Shown here: in pieces, positions 24,742-35,545 of the stretch
Layout of the letters: each line of letters opens with the position of its first letter
Numbering within the stretch: the stretch's first letter is position 1
Origin: Octopus bimaculoides
Lineage: Eukaryota
Direction of reading: 5' to 3'
Assembly: GCF_001194135.2 (NCBI RefSeq)
Contig: NC_068985.1
Location: 34,552,051 to 34,587,867 of the forward strand
Length of the DNA stretch: 35,817 nucleotides
The notes under the pieces: generated by a model
The model's input: only the letters and a program-made list of their open reading frames with translations
What the model was told of the DNA's origin: nothing
The model's database searches: none
Made by a program: the position numbers and the translations under genes

Positions 24742-24796
24742 ATGGAATTCAGTCTGTTACATTTGAGATACGTCTTAATTGTACGATGTTTCTGTG
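24742..24796 (+). CDS. Signal-peptide-like exon of gene B, MEFSLLHLRYVLIVRCFC (exon 24739-24796)
   Basis: Acceptor tttatcattttctttgtAG ends at 24738; ATG at 24742; 18 mostly hydrophobic codons + G; GTAAGT donor at 24797; phase 1 joins exon 34740 in frame (G+TT = Val). Confidence 0.7.
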
Positions 24797-24919
24797 GTAA
24801 GTAACAGTATGTTTGTCAGATAAACATTCTTTTTTTCAGAATTTTTAATTGTTATAAATTTGTATCCACTGATACACTATAGAATTTAATCATTATTGTT
24901 GCTTAATACTAAGGCACCA

Positions 24920-25045
24920 GCTGTAAAAACCCTGTAAAAACAGACAGAGTAGCAAAGGGTAGTTTTCCTATCTAGCCTACACCTATGTGCCATCCTACCC
25001 ATGCATGCATGGAAGATAGATATTAAACAATGATGATGATCATGA
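24920..25045 (+). mobile_element. Degenerate RTE-type 3' tail
   Basis: ccagctgtaaaaac...cccatgcatgcatgga...(gat)n. Confidence 0.55.
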
Positions 25046-25169
25046 TTGTCTGTGTGGGTATTGTATATCATTTACCAGCTTCATTTTCCAAGATGGTGAG
25101 TTGAGATATGAGGGGAATTTGGCTGCTATGTCTAGAAGGTTGATTTAAACCTGACTACTACATCTATTA

Positions 25170-25269
25170 TCATAGCTACTATATGCCAGCACAGACATGG
25201 CCATGTGAGTGGATTGGCACATGAAACTGAAAGAAGCCCATCATACATGTGTGTGTGTGTGTGTGTGTG

Positions 25270-25340
<71 letters not shown>

Positions 25341-25367
25341 GTAAGTGTATTTGTAAGTGTGTACTTA

Positions 25368-25450
<83 letters not shown>

Positions 25451-25477
25451 GTAAGTGTATTTGTAAGTGTGTACTTA

Positions 25478-25519
<42 letters not shown>

Positions 25520-25520
25520 A
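25170..25520 (+). repeat. SINE 3' end (25170-25245) followed by compound (TG)n/(TA)n microsatellite
   Basis: gtgagtggattggcacatgaaactgaaagaagccc, then TG/TA runs with an internal duplication. Confidence 0.85.
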
Positions 25521-25619
25521 GAATTTGTTTTGGGGTTTAAAAATTTACCTGAATCTAAAAGCATGTAGTTGTTTTTAAATAGATTTATTCACATTTCAAA
25601 CTAGTATCGACAATTTTTG

Positions 25620-26674
25620 CTTACTGATGGTACAAATATATAAAAAAAAGGATTTAGGAGACTTTAAAGTTAGAAGATAAAAATTGGACAAGCACGTTCA
25701 AACCAACAAATGTTCAACTGTTCACAGAAACTTTTACATTATTTACATTTGACGGATATATGTCCTCATCTTGTTTGTTGTTAACACGTTTCGGCTGATA
25801 TACCTTCCACCCGAAACGTTGTGTTAACAAGAAACAAGATGAGGACAAATAGCCGTCAAATGTAAATAATGTAAATAATGTACATAATTCCTCATCTCTT
25901 AAATATAGAACTGTGTTCACAGAAATTTCCATGTTTAATAGTTGGAAGAAGGCAGTCTAGGTCAAATGCTTCTTTTGGCTGTTTGCACACGTATACTTGG
26001 CTGGTGGTTGGAAATAAGGTAAAGGATGACTTGTCTGAGAAAATTACATTCTTCCATTGCTCTAGGAACCAATGGAAGAATAGGTTTTTACTCCACTCTA
26101 AATGCTTTGCAATGTTTTTTTTTGAAAGTAGTGGATTGCAGCCCTCCCATGAAATCCAGCTTTGTGCAGCTCCCGGTAAACAGTTTTTGCAGAAACTGGG
26201 TTTTCGAGATGGTCATTAAGCTCTGAAGTAATTTTGGGAGCTGTAATTTTGTGATCCTTTCTAACAATTTGTGTAAAAGTCCAACAGACCCTATCTGAAA
26301 GTTTTGGTTTACTTCTGGAGTTTTGTTTTGATGAGGAGGTTCTTCCCTCTTTCTCAAAGGCTGTCATTACTTTCAAGACAGTACTTCTTGAAGCATCAAA
26401 CATTTTGACTGTTTTCATTACACTAAGGCCTATCATACGATCACCAACAATTTGATGTCTTTGGAAGTCCGATAGATCTGTCATTTTAATGAATTTTAAT
26501 TACCTTTTTCTGATGATATCTGAAAAGAAACAGCAATTTTAGCAAAACATTAAGTAGCACTAATAATAAATTTAAAAAAAACATATAAACAAACAAGCTT
26601 TTGATAGTTTTATAGATATTTCGAAATTATGATAGTATGATGCTAGGTGTTTCCATTATTTTGTCGAACCCCTG
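25620..26674 (-). mobile_element. Tc1-family transposon, 5' TIR plus N-terminal half of the transposase
   Basis: TIR TA|CAGGGGTTCGACAAAATAATGGAAACACC at 26674-26647; MTDLSDFQRHQIVG...GRAAI, then frameshifted WKNVIFSDKSSFTLFPT...TIKHG; interrupted at 25925; left boundary uncertain. Confidence 0.9.
25731..25913. mobile_element. Fold-back Penelope-like insertion with 12-bp TSD, inside the Tc1 copy
   Basis: Arms 25734-25794 and 25811-25874 (3 mismatches + a 3-nt bulge); tgttcacagaaa at 25719-25730 and 25914-25925. Confidence 0.75.
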
Positions 26675-27057
26675 TATGTAAAGAGTGTTAGGTGTGGCGT
26701 ACAGAAATTAAATATTGGGAAAAAAAAGGTTGCCAGAATTTTGGAAAAAAATCTTTGTCAGTTTCTTGAATTCTGTAAATGTACAAACAGAATTCTATGA
26801 ATGTACAAACAGTTTGTTCNNNNNNNNNNNNNNNNNNNNNNNNNNNNNNNNNNNNNNNNNNNNNNNNNNNNNNNNNNNNNNNNNNNNNNNNNNNNNNNNN
26901 NNNNNNNNNNNNNNNNNNNNNNNNNNNNNNNNNNNNNNNNNNNNNNNNNNNNNNNNNNNNNNNNNNNNNNNNNNNNNNNNNNNNNNNATATATATATATA
27001 TATATACATACATGCATACATACATACATATATATATGTGTGTGTGTGTTTGTGTGT

Positions 27058-27104
<47 letters not shown>

Positions 27105-27437
27105 TAATTAAGGCTATCCAAAAGATACCACCATGCTAGAGATAGCACATATTTACTTCGTCATTATATTCACTGTGGTTATATTTTGACCATATAACAT
27201 GTGGAGTTTAGACAGGTAATTAAACTGGTTGTGTGCATACGTACATATATATGTGTGTATACGTGCGTTTATGAATATTTGTATGTGGTTTTAGAGTCAA
27301 GTTTTGACTGCTGTCTCAAGCATGGTGGTATCATTTAGATAGCCTTCATTATAATTTTAATAATAATTATTACCTATAAGAGTTTTATTCCCATGCTGAT
27401 CACTTGATATTATCGGTATTTAAAATAATGATCTTAT

Positions 27438-27496
<59 letters not shown>

Positions 27497-27498
<2 letters not shown>

Positions 27499-28047
27499 AA
27501 TCGAACCAACTTCAACAACTGACACCCATCCCAACCTCTCCTTCATTGGGTTGGGGCAAGTGAAATCGAAATCGTAATTGAGCCATATTCGATGACTGGC
27601 ACCTGTACCAGTGCAGTGGAGCACTAACAGCACTGTCCGAGCATGATCATTGCCAGAGCAGCTGTCTGGCTTCCGTGCTAGTGGCCCATATATAGCACCA
27701 TTTGAACGTCACCTTACTGGCACTTGTGCCAGTGGCACGTTAGAAAATCATTCGAGTGAGGTCGTTGCCAATGCCACTGGACTGGCTCCTGTGCAAGTGG
27801 CACGTAAAAAACACCATTTTGAGCATGGCCGTTGCCAATACCGTGTGACTGGCCCTCGTGCCGGTGGCACATAAAAGCATCTACTACACTCTCGGAGTGG
27901 TTGGCGTTAGGAAGGGCATCCAGCTGTAGAAACTCTGCCAGATCAGATTGGAGCCTGGTGCAGCCATCTGGTTCACCAATCCTCAGTCAAATTGTCCAGC
28001 CCATGCTAGCATGGAAAGCAGACGTTAAACGACGACGATGATGATGA
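27497..28047 (+). mobile_element. RTE 3' UTR/tail-only copy
   Basis: ggcaagtgaaatcgaa...ttcgatgactggc matches 34150-34185 just after the RTE stop; gtggcacgtaaaa repeats; ggaagggcatccagctgtagaaa...(gat)n. Confidence 0.85.
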
Positions 28048-28057
28048 NNNNNNNNNN

Positions 28058-28098
<41 letters not shown>

Positions 28099-28157
28099 GG
28101 TGATATAATATGGTACTTGAGTTTAGGCACCATACAACTCCAAAATAAGGTGATTAA

Positions 28158-28268
28158 AATCAAAATAAGCAACAAAAATATCCAAAGTTAATGCAGTACA
28201 ATCGTTTTATGCGACTCCATTTATTTAAACAATGTGAACATTACATCAAATGTAAAATGCAGAGCAAA
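28158..28268. mobile_element. Degenerate copy of the Penelope-like segment at 640-750
   Basis: aatcaaaataagcaaca...tgcagtacaatcgttttatgcgactcc...cattaca aligns to 639-750; hammerhead core mutated (GAAAC to AAAAC, no CUGANGA). Confidence 0.65.
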
Positions 28269-29150
28269 AGATATAGAAATTTACTGAAATTTCATTTCAA
28301 CAGAAGGACATAATTTTGTAACTGCATTTAAACTCTCCAAGTAGAAAGGAAGCATACAAAAAAACATTTTGACTTAGCCAGACCATACAGGCTAGTAATT
28401 AATTCTAAGCAGATTTTTAACTGCCACTGATTTTTTTTTGTTTTTTTTTTGTTTCATCTTATCAGACCTAGTGATTCAAAGCTTAAGAGGGTACCAGCAT
28501 TTTCTTTATAGGGAAAGGGAAAGGGGTAAACAAAATACATGGATGATATGGTTATAAACAACGATTTCTCTGGTAAAATAAGTTGTTTGACAGATTCTTG
28601 ATGTCATTAGTCTATGAAGGATCATTGCTCTGATTAACTATATCAATAATGACTACTCTTGAAATAACTTTTAAATTCTCAAAACTTCATTTTCTGTTTT
28701 TGTTAATTCAGCAGTTAATATTGTCATAATTATCAATCTTAAAGCTCAATTGTTTTTAAATATATGACATAAAAACTCTTGTTTTAGGAAAAATAAAAAT
28801 GGAGTGATGTAATTATCTCTAGTTTATTTCTGTTGTTAATGTCTGAATTTTAACATGTTTAGTAGCAAATTGAGGATTGAAAATATAATTTTAGAAAGTT
28901 CCAGTTATATCTGCAAATTTTTTGAATGCTTTCTAATATCACTGTCAGTTCTTATTAACAATAAAAAAAAAATGATATACCTTTCAATATTTTAATTGTC
29001 TTTTAGTGGATGAGTGAAAATAAGATGTTACCACTAATTTTTGTGTGAAGACTGCAATAAGGAAATGAGACATTATTTAACATTAACATATTTTTATTGT
29101 TGTGATTGGAAGCAATAATCTGTAGTGTCTCAGTTGAAATATATACAATA

Positions 29151-29316
29151 CTCACATGGAAAGTTTACAGAAATTACTGGATTTAACACAACTTAAGCAA
29201 AACATTTTGTAAATAACGAGTATACTTGCTGTGCTCACATGGAGAGATCATAGAAATTACTGGAGTTAACACAATTTAAGCAAAACATTTTGTAAATAAT
29301 GAGTATACTTTGCTGA
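29151..29316. repeat. About 83-bp tandem duplication (2 units)
   Basis: ctcacatgga...agaaattactgga.ttaacacaa.ttaagcaaaacattttgtaaataa.gagtatact starts at 29151 and 29234. Confidence 0.9.
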
Positions 29317-30000
29317 ACATATGGTCAGAGAAAAATAGCAGTAATCGGAACATTTCAGTGTAGCTCTTGCATGCTGTCCTGATGTAGGCAAACAGAGAGA
29401 CAGAGTGAGAGAGAGAGAGACCCATGTTTCTTGGCATCCAAGTGGCAAGAGAGAGAAAGATTCACAACCACCAAAATATATAGGTTTCAGCTGCGACACT
29501 ACCTGGTGGCGTTTACCAGCAAAGAGACGTAATTCAGCTAACCTTGCTAGTTTATTACAGTCTTCCTCAACACTCAGACCACTTTTAGTATTCATGCTGT
29601 TTTTGTCCATTCAAATATACTAAATAAAATCATTTAATTTTTAAAACTAGGTGTGAAAATTGAACAAAATGGTAGTCAATGTGTTAGTGCATTAACTAAC
29701 TGTACCAAAAGTATTTAGATGAAGTCCAAGAACCAAATTCCTTCTATTATTTGAATGATTTCACATCCTAGAGTAGGTGTGTGCTTCTGATTGAGACATT
29801 GATTTTACAACAGTTATTCCTTCTGATAAGATCTCATTGTAATATTTGAGTTGTTGACAGCAAGCTGATGTCTTAGGCATCATCTATGATATATATTGGT
29901 GTCACTCTTGGTTCTCACATTTTATTCTCTTTGAAATATCCTCTATAAGTCTATTCGCATTTAATTTTAAACTATACATAAAAAATAATTTTTCAAGTAT

Positions 30001-30215
30001 TCTTTTATTCTTTTACTTGTTTCAGTCATTTTGATTGTTCCCATGCTGGAGCACCACCTTTAGTCAAGCAAATCGACCCCAGAAGATATTACTTGTAAGC
30101 CTAGTACTTATTCTATCGGTCTCTTTTGCCGAACCACTAAGAGGACGTAAACACACCAGCATCGGTTGTCAAGCGATGTTGTGGGGGACACGCACAAACA
30201 TATACACACACATAC
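30001..30215. mobile_element. Octopus-type SINE with CA/TA flank
   Basis: cttgtttcagtcatt...catgctggagcacc...atcgacccc...ttgccgaaccactaag...ggttgtcaagcg; same family at 372-600 and 12994-13047. Confidence 0.8.
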
Positions 30216-30222
30216 ACATATA

Positions 30223-30254
<32 letters not shown>

Positions 30255-30263
<9 letters not shown>

Positions 30264-30960
30264 TTGTTTAAAAGAGTTCCAACACTGTCTGTTTTTTATG
30301 TTTTATTTATATTCCTGCAAAACCAATGTGGGATATCGAATATGGAATATACATNNNNNNNNNNNNNNNNNNNNNNNNNNNNNNNNNNNNNNNNNNNNNN
30401 NNNNNNNNNNNNNNNNNNNNNNNNNNNNNNNNNNNNNNNNNNNNNNNNNNNNNNNNNNNNNNNNNNNNNNNNNNNNNNNNNNNNNNNNNNNNNNNNNNNN
30501 NNNNNNNNNNNNNNNNNNNNNNNNNNNNNNNNNNNNNNNNNNNNNNNNNNNNNNNNNNNNNNNNNNNNNNNNNNNNNNNNNNNNNNNNNNNNNNNNNNNN
30601 NNNNNNNNNNNNNNNNNNNNNNNNNNNNNNNNNNNNNNNNNNNNNNNNNNNNNNNNNNNNNNNNNNNNNNNNNNNNNNNNNNNNNNNNNNNNNNNNNNNN
30701 NNNNNNNNNNNNNNNNNNNNNNNNNNNNNNNNNNNNNNNNNNNNNNNNNNNNNNNNNNNNNNNNNNNNNNNNNNNNNNNNNNNNNNNNNNNNNNNNNNNN
30801 NNNNNNNNNNNNNNNNNNNNNNNNNNNNNNNATTATATATTGTATATTATATTATATATTGTATATTCCATATTCTATATCCCACATTGGTTTTGCATCA
30901 ATATAAATAAACCATAAAAAACAGACAGTGTTGGAACTCTTTTAAACAAAATAATATATT
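30255..30960. mobile_element. Element with about 100-bp inverted termini around an N gap (MITE/fold-back-like)
   Basis: 30255-30353 is the near-exact reverse complement of 30860-30960; TA-rich flanks. Confidence 0.75.
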
Positions 30961-31009
30961 CCTCTATACACAATCATACAAAACCCCTTTTTTTGTATTT
31001 ATTTTTACT

Positions 31010-31046
<37 letters not shown>

Positions 31047-31047
<1 letters not shown>

Positions 31048-31210
31048 ACGGGCTTCTTTCAGTTTCCATCTACCAAATCCACTCACAAGGCTTTGGTTGG
31101 CCCAAGGCTATAGTAGAAGACACTTGCCCAAGGTGCCATGCAGTCAGACTGAACCTGGAACCATGTGGTTGTTTAGCAAGCTACCTACCACACAGCCACT
31201 CCTGCGCCTA
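31047..31210 (-). mobile_element. Full-length tRNA-derived SINE
   Basis: Minus strand: aggcgcaggagtggctgtgtggtag...ggttcagtctgactgc...gtgagtggatttggtagatggaaactgaaagaagcccgtc, then a (TA)n tail. Confidence 0.85.
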
Positions 31211-31748
31211 TTCCTCATAGTTCTAATTTATTATTGTTCTTCCATTAGAAAAATTACACCTTTGAATGACAAGGTAGCTGTTAAACAATATGTAGTGAAT
31301 TTCATGCAGGCATAGTGTGGATTCAATCCTTGATCACCAAATTTTACATAACAATTCAACAGCACTTTTCTTACGGTAAAACAATAGTTTTTCTGTGAGT
31401 AACAGCAGTTACATTTACTAGACGCCTTTGCTAAGCCAGAATAATGTCTTCGCCACTTGACCCTTCTAACCTCTTCTAGGCCACCAATAGCTAGAATAGA
31501 GATAACAGATTGTAGTGAAATCTTTTGTTATCAATAATATGTTTATCTTCTAACTAGTTTTAGATAGTTATAAATACTAGAATTTGACAAGGTGAAATTA
31601 GTTAGTGAACGGACAACTAGAGTCATAGTTACAAGCAGGCAGCCACTAATGACAAACGGCCAGAGGGAGACAGAAGGTTATAATCAGCCAACTATGAGAC
31701 ACAACCCTCCTCGACTCTATAACTTTCACTAACTCACTTTCTTTTCTC

Positions 31749-32030
31749 TGTAACATTACCATCTCTCTCTATATATGCTACTATGAGATCGTGTACACAT
31801 CCTGGCTGAAATTAAGTCTTTTTACTTTGCATACTTTTCCATTTACTAATTATACATACCAACCCGTTGTGGTTTTGGATATATGCAAAGTAATGGTAAA
31901 TAAATATTTCTTTACAATCTCAATCACTGTTCTTCTTCCACTTGCATATCTGCAACAATACCTGATACAATCGCTTACTTCCGACTCCACCATATATCAT
32001 AACAACAACAACTGTTACAATTGGTGACCC
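31749..32030 (+). mobile_element. Possible Gypsy-type LTR (31749-32019) with primer-binding site
   Basis: Termini TGTAACA...TGTTACA, internal AATAAA, then AT + TGGTGACCC (PBS-like); no internal ORF seen before the gap. Confidence 0.35.
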
Positions 32031-32608
32031 TCAACTGCAACGAAGAACTAACCATTACAATTGGTGACAACTCCAATGTTCCATTCTATTGTTTATCAGA
32101 TTAATCTTTGCTGTTACAAATATGTGCATNNNNNNNNNNNNNNNNNNNNNNNNNNNNNNNNNNNNNNNNNNNNNNNNNNNNNNNNNNNNNNNNNNNNNNN
32201 NNNNNNNNNNNNNNNNNNNNNNNNNNNNNNNNNNNNNNNNNNNNNNNNNNNNNNNNNNNNNNNNNNNNNNNNNNNNNNNNNNNNNNNNNNNNNNNNNNNN
32301 NNNNNNNNNNNNNNNNNNNNNNNNNNNNNNNNNNNNNNNNNNNNNNNNNNNNNNNNNNNNNNNNNNNNNNNNNNNNNNNNNNNNNNNNNNNNNNNNNNNN
32401 NNNNNNNNNNNNNNNNNNNNNNNNNNNNNNNNNNNNNNNNNNNNNNNNNNNNNNNNNNNNNNNNNNNNNNNNNNNNNNNNNNNNNNNNNNNNNNNNNNNN
32501 NNNNNNNNNNNNNNNNNNNNNNNNNNNNNNNNNNNNNNNNNNNNNNNNNNNNNNNNNNNNNNNNNNNNNNNNNNNNNNNNNNNNNNNNNNNNNNNNNNNN
32601 NNNNNNNN

Positions 32609-34190
32609 GTAGGAGAGAGAATAGTGATGTAGTAGGAGAGAAATGTATTCGCATGGATGATGGTACGCTTGCTCTAAATGAGGCTGCAAAGAAAGAGGTC
32701 TGGAGAAGCCACTACGATAGATTGCTTAATAAAGAGAATGAATGGGAGAAAGAGAGTCTGTCGTATGTCGACCCAACAAAGGGACCAGTTATGCTAATTG
32801 ACACTACATTGGTAGATAAAGCAATCAAGAGTATGAAAACAGGAAAGCCCCAGGCCCATCAGGAATCACTGCAGAGATGCTCAAAATATCNNNNNNNNNN
32901 AGAAGAATGGTTAGTGAGAGCTGTGCGAGCCATGTACAGAGACGCTGTCATTAAGGTGAGGGTTGGTAACAAGTACAGTGAAGAATTTTGGGTAGAGGTA
33001 GGAGTCCACCAAAGTTCAGTCCTCAGCCCCCTCCTATTTATCATAGTCTTCCAGGCAATAACAGAGGAATTCAAGACAGGATGCCCCTGGGAGCTCCTCT
33101 ATGCTGATGACCTTGCACTAATTGCTGAGTCACTATCAGAATTAGAGGAGAAGTTTCAGGTATGGAAGCAAGGACTAGAATCGAAGGGCCTTAGAGTCAA
33201 CCTAGCTAAAACCAAAGTCCTAATAAGTAGGAAGGTAGACAAAACACAAACCCCTTCAGGTAGATGACCCTGCTCGATCTGTAGAAAAGGCGTAGGTAGA
33301 AACTCTATAAGATGTACCCAGTGCAAGCTATGGACACATAAGAGGTGCAGCAATATCGAAGGAAGGTTAACTGGGAAGATAGTTTTTGTATGTGGCAGAT
33401 GTTCAGGAGCAATAAACTGAAAATGTGCAGAAAACAACTTTGGCCACATTCCAGGGAGAAAAACTAGACTTAGTTGATAGCTTCCTCTATCTAGGTGACT
33501 AAGTTATTAGTGGGGGAGTGTGCACTGAAAGTGTAGCTGCTAGAATAAGAATAGCCTGGGCAAAGTTCAGAGAGCTCTTACCTCTGCTGGTGACAAAGGG
33601 TCTCTCACTCAGAGTAAAAGGCAGACTGTATGACGCATATGTACGAACAGCCATGCTACATGGCAGTGAAACATGGGCCGTTACTGCTGAGGACATGCGT
33701 AGGCTCACAAGGAATGAAGCCAGTATGCTCCTATGGATGTGTAATGTCAGTGTGCATACTAGACAGAGTGCAAGTACCTTGAGAGAAAAGTTGAACCTAA
33801 GAAGCATCAGTTGCGGTGTGCAAGAGATACGATTGCACTGGTACTGTCATGTGGTAAGAATGGATGAGGATAGCTGTGTGAAAAAGTGCCACACCCTAGC
33901 AGTTGAGGGAACCTGTTGAAGAGGTAGGCCCAGGAATACCTGGGATGAGGTGGTGAGGCACAACCTTTGAACATTGGGCCTCACTGAGGTAATGACTTCT
34001 GACCGAGACCTTTGGAAATATGCTGTGCGTGAGAAGACCCGGCAAGCCAAGTGAGACCTAAATCCAAGGCCTCTGCCAGGGGTGTAGCCAGCCCACTTAT
34101 GTGTACCTTCCTTCATTGGACACTAAACTCCGCTTGCGAAGACCTGTTGAGGCAAGTGAAATCGAACTAAATTCGACGACTGGTACCCAT
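32609..34190 (+). mobile_element. RTE LINE RT/C-terminal region and start of 3' UTR
   Basis: GVHQSSVLSPLLF, ELLYADDL, PHD-like Cys array 33271-33402, WAKFRELLPLL, MLHGSETW, GRPRNTW; 5' part in a gap; a few stops and frameshifts. Confidence 0.95.
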
Positions 34191-34229
34191 GCACGCATAC
34201 ACACACACACACAAATACACACATATAGT

Positions 34230-34706
34230 TTAGTCCACTGTGAAATTTTAAACCCAAACTAAATGATAACAAAGGAGATCTACTGTGTCAGTGCTAGAAG
34301 AAAAATGACCATCTTTGGTTTCAAGATGAAAGTTGTTCTTCCATCAGGATAATGCTTGGCTGTATACAATGAGCATGATATTCCAAAGGCTGGAACAGTT
34401 TGAATGGGAAACGATGCCCCACCCACCATATTCACAGGACATTGCCCCAGCTGATTGTCTTCAAAATCATTTGGACGGAAAAAATATGAATTCTGTAGAC
34501 GAGGTCAGAACAGTACTGGAGGAGTATTTTTCATCATGGCCAAGTGAATTTTGGACAAGGGGCCTTGCAAGTCTACCAGATAGATGAAAGAGCATTGTAG
34601 AAAATGAAGGAAAGTATATTTTAGATTAAAAAAAAAACTTTGTTTATCTTAATTTTGAAAAATAAAAGAAGTATAAAAACTGCATTATTTATGGGATGAC
34701 CCAATA
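34230..34706 (+). mobile_element. Mariner transposon 3' half with TIR
   Basis: FHQDNA, WETMPHPPYSQDIAP (YSPDLAP motif), FWTRGLASLPDR; TIR aaactgcattatttatgggatgacccaata followed by TA. Confidence 0.9.
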
Positions 34707-34739
34707 TATATATGTGCTTTATATTTTCCTTTCCTTCAG

Positions 34740-35021
34740 TTTCTCTTAAACCAATTGATGGTGGAATAAAATTTGTCAGACAAAATCAACCAGAAACTCT
34801 TGAATGTCCTCTTGCAAAACAAAAAGTTGAAAACTGGCAAATTGGATTGAAAGAAATTAGTAGTCTTCATTGGTTACCTGTTAAAACTAATGAAATTGAA
34901 GCAAATGTGATTCCTGGGAAAGACAACATCTTAAACATCACTCTTCTTTCAAGTAATGATGTAACATTACTTTGTAAGAGCACTGACAAGTGGATAAAAT
35001 TTCAAGCAGTACCAATGTATA
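34740..35021 (+). CDS. Ig-like domain exon of gene B (282 nt, phase 1/1)
   Basis: Acceptor ttttcctttccttcAG and donor GTAAGT at 35022; 94 open codons with TLEC...W (+10)...LNIT...NDVTLLC, two Cys 55 residues apart; N-glycosylation sequon NIT. Confidence 0.8.
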
Positions 35022-35442
35022 GTAAGTACCATATAGTAACCACTTTTTAAATATTTTCATGACCATGAACAAAATATATTTCTCTTAACACAAACTTTGA
35101 GTTTCAGTCAATTCACAAAATCTGTTGTAACAAACAAATACTGCCAATAATATTTTAATGTTTATAAATTCCCTTCTTATGTTATTCTAGTATTATTAAA
35201 ACAGCACTATTATGGCTGAGATTATTTGTTTGATTTGCAGAAGAGAGATTTGGTTGCTAACATGTTATCCATAAATTGTTCTTGGTTTGGTGAAATTAAC
35301 AAAATTATTAATTGTTCTAAGAAGCTGAGAAGTGTTATTGTTATTAAAATGGACATTCTTTTAATGCATTAACCTCATGTTTAGTGTGTATACTGGTTGG
35401 ATTTCTGATTGTCATTAGAAATATTATTCTTGAATATGCGCG

Positions 35443-35545
35443 TGCACACACACACTCACACACACACACACACACACACACCACACACACACTTAAATAC
35501 ACATGCAAACACACACAGAGGCACACACATACACACACAGACACA
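35443..35545. repeat. Imperfect (CA)n microsatellite
   Basis: Directly visible. Confidence 0.95.

Noticed and set aside
25205-25578. IY/VC-rich ORFs and an about 130-bp internal duplication
   Set aside because: Dinucleotide microsatellite translations; the duplication may be slippage or misassembly.
29497-29511. CTCF-like motif (reverse strand CGCCACCAGGTAGTG)
   Set aside because: Mismatch at a normally conserved G; a single short match cannot be supported without ChIP data.
31595-31735. Imperfect nested inverted repeats (gttagtgaa/ttcactaac, tagagtc/gactcta)
   Set aside because: Short arms with inconsistent spacing; could be chance in AT-rich DNA.
30166-32689. Long ORFs containing X runs
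   Set aside because: Artefacts of N gaps.
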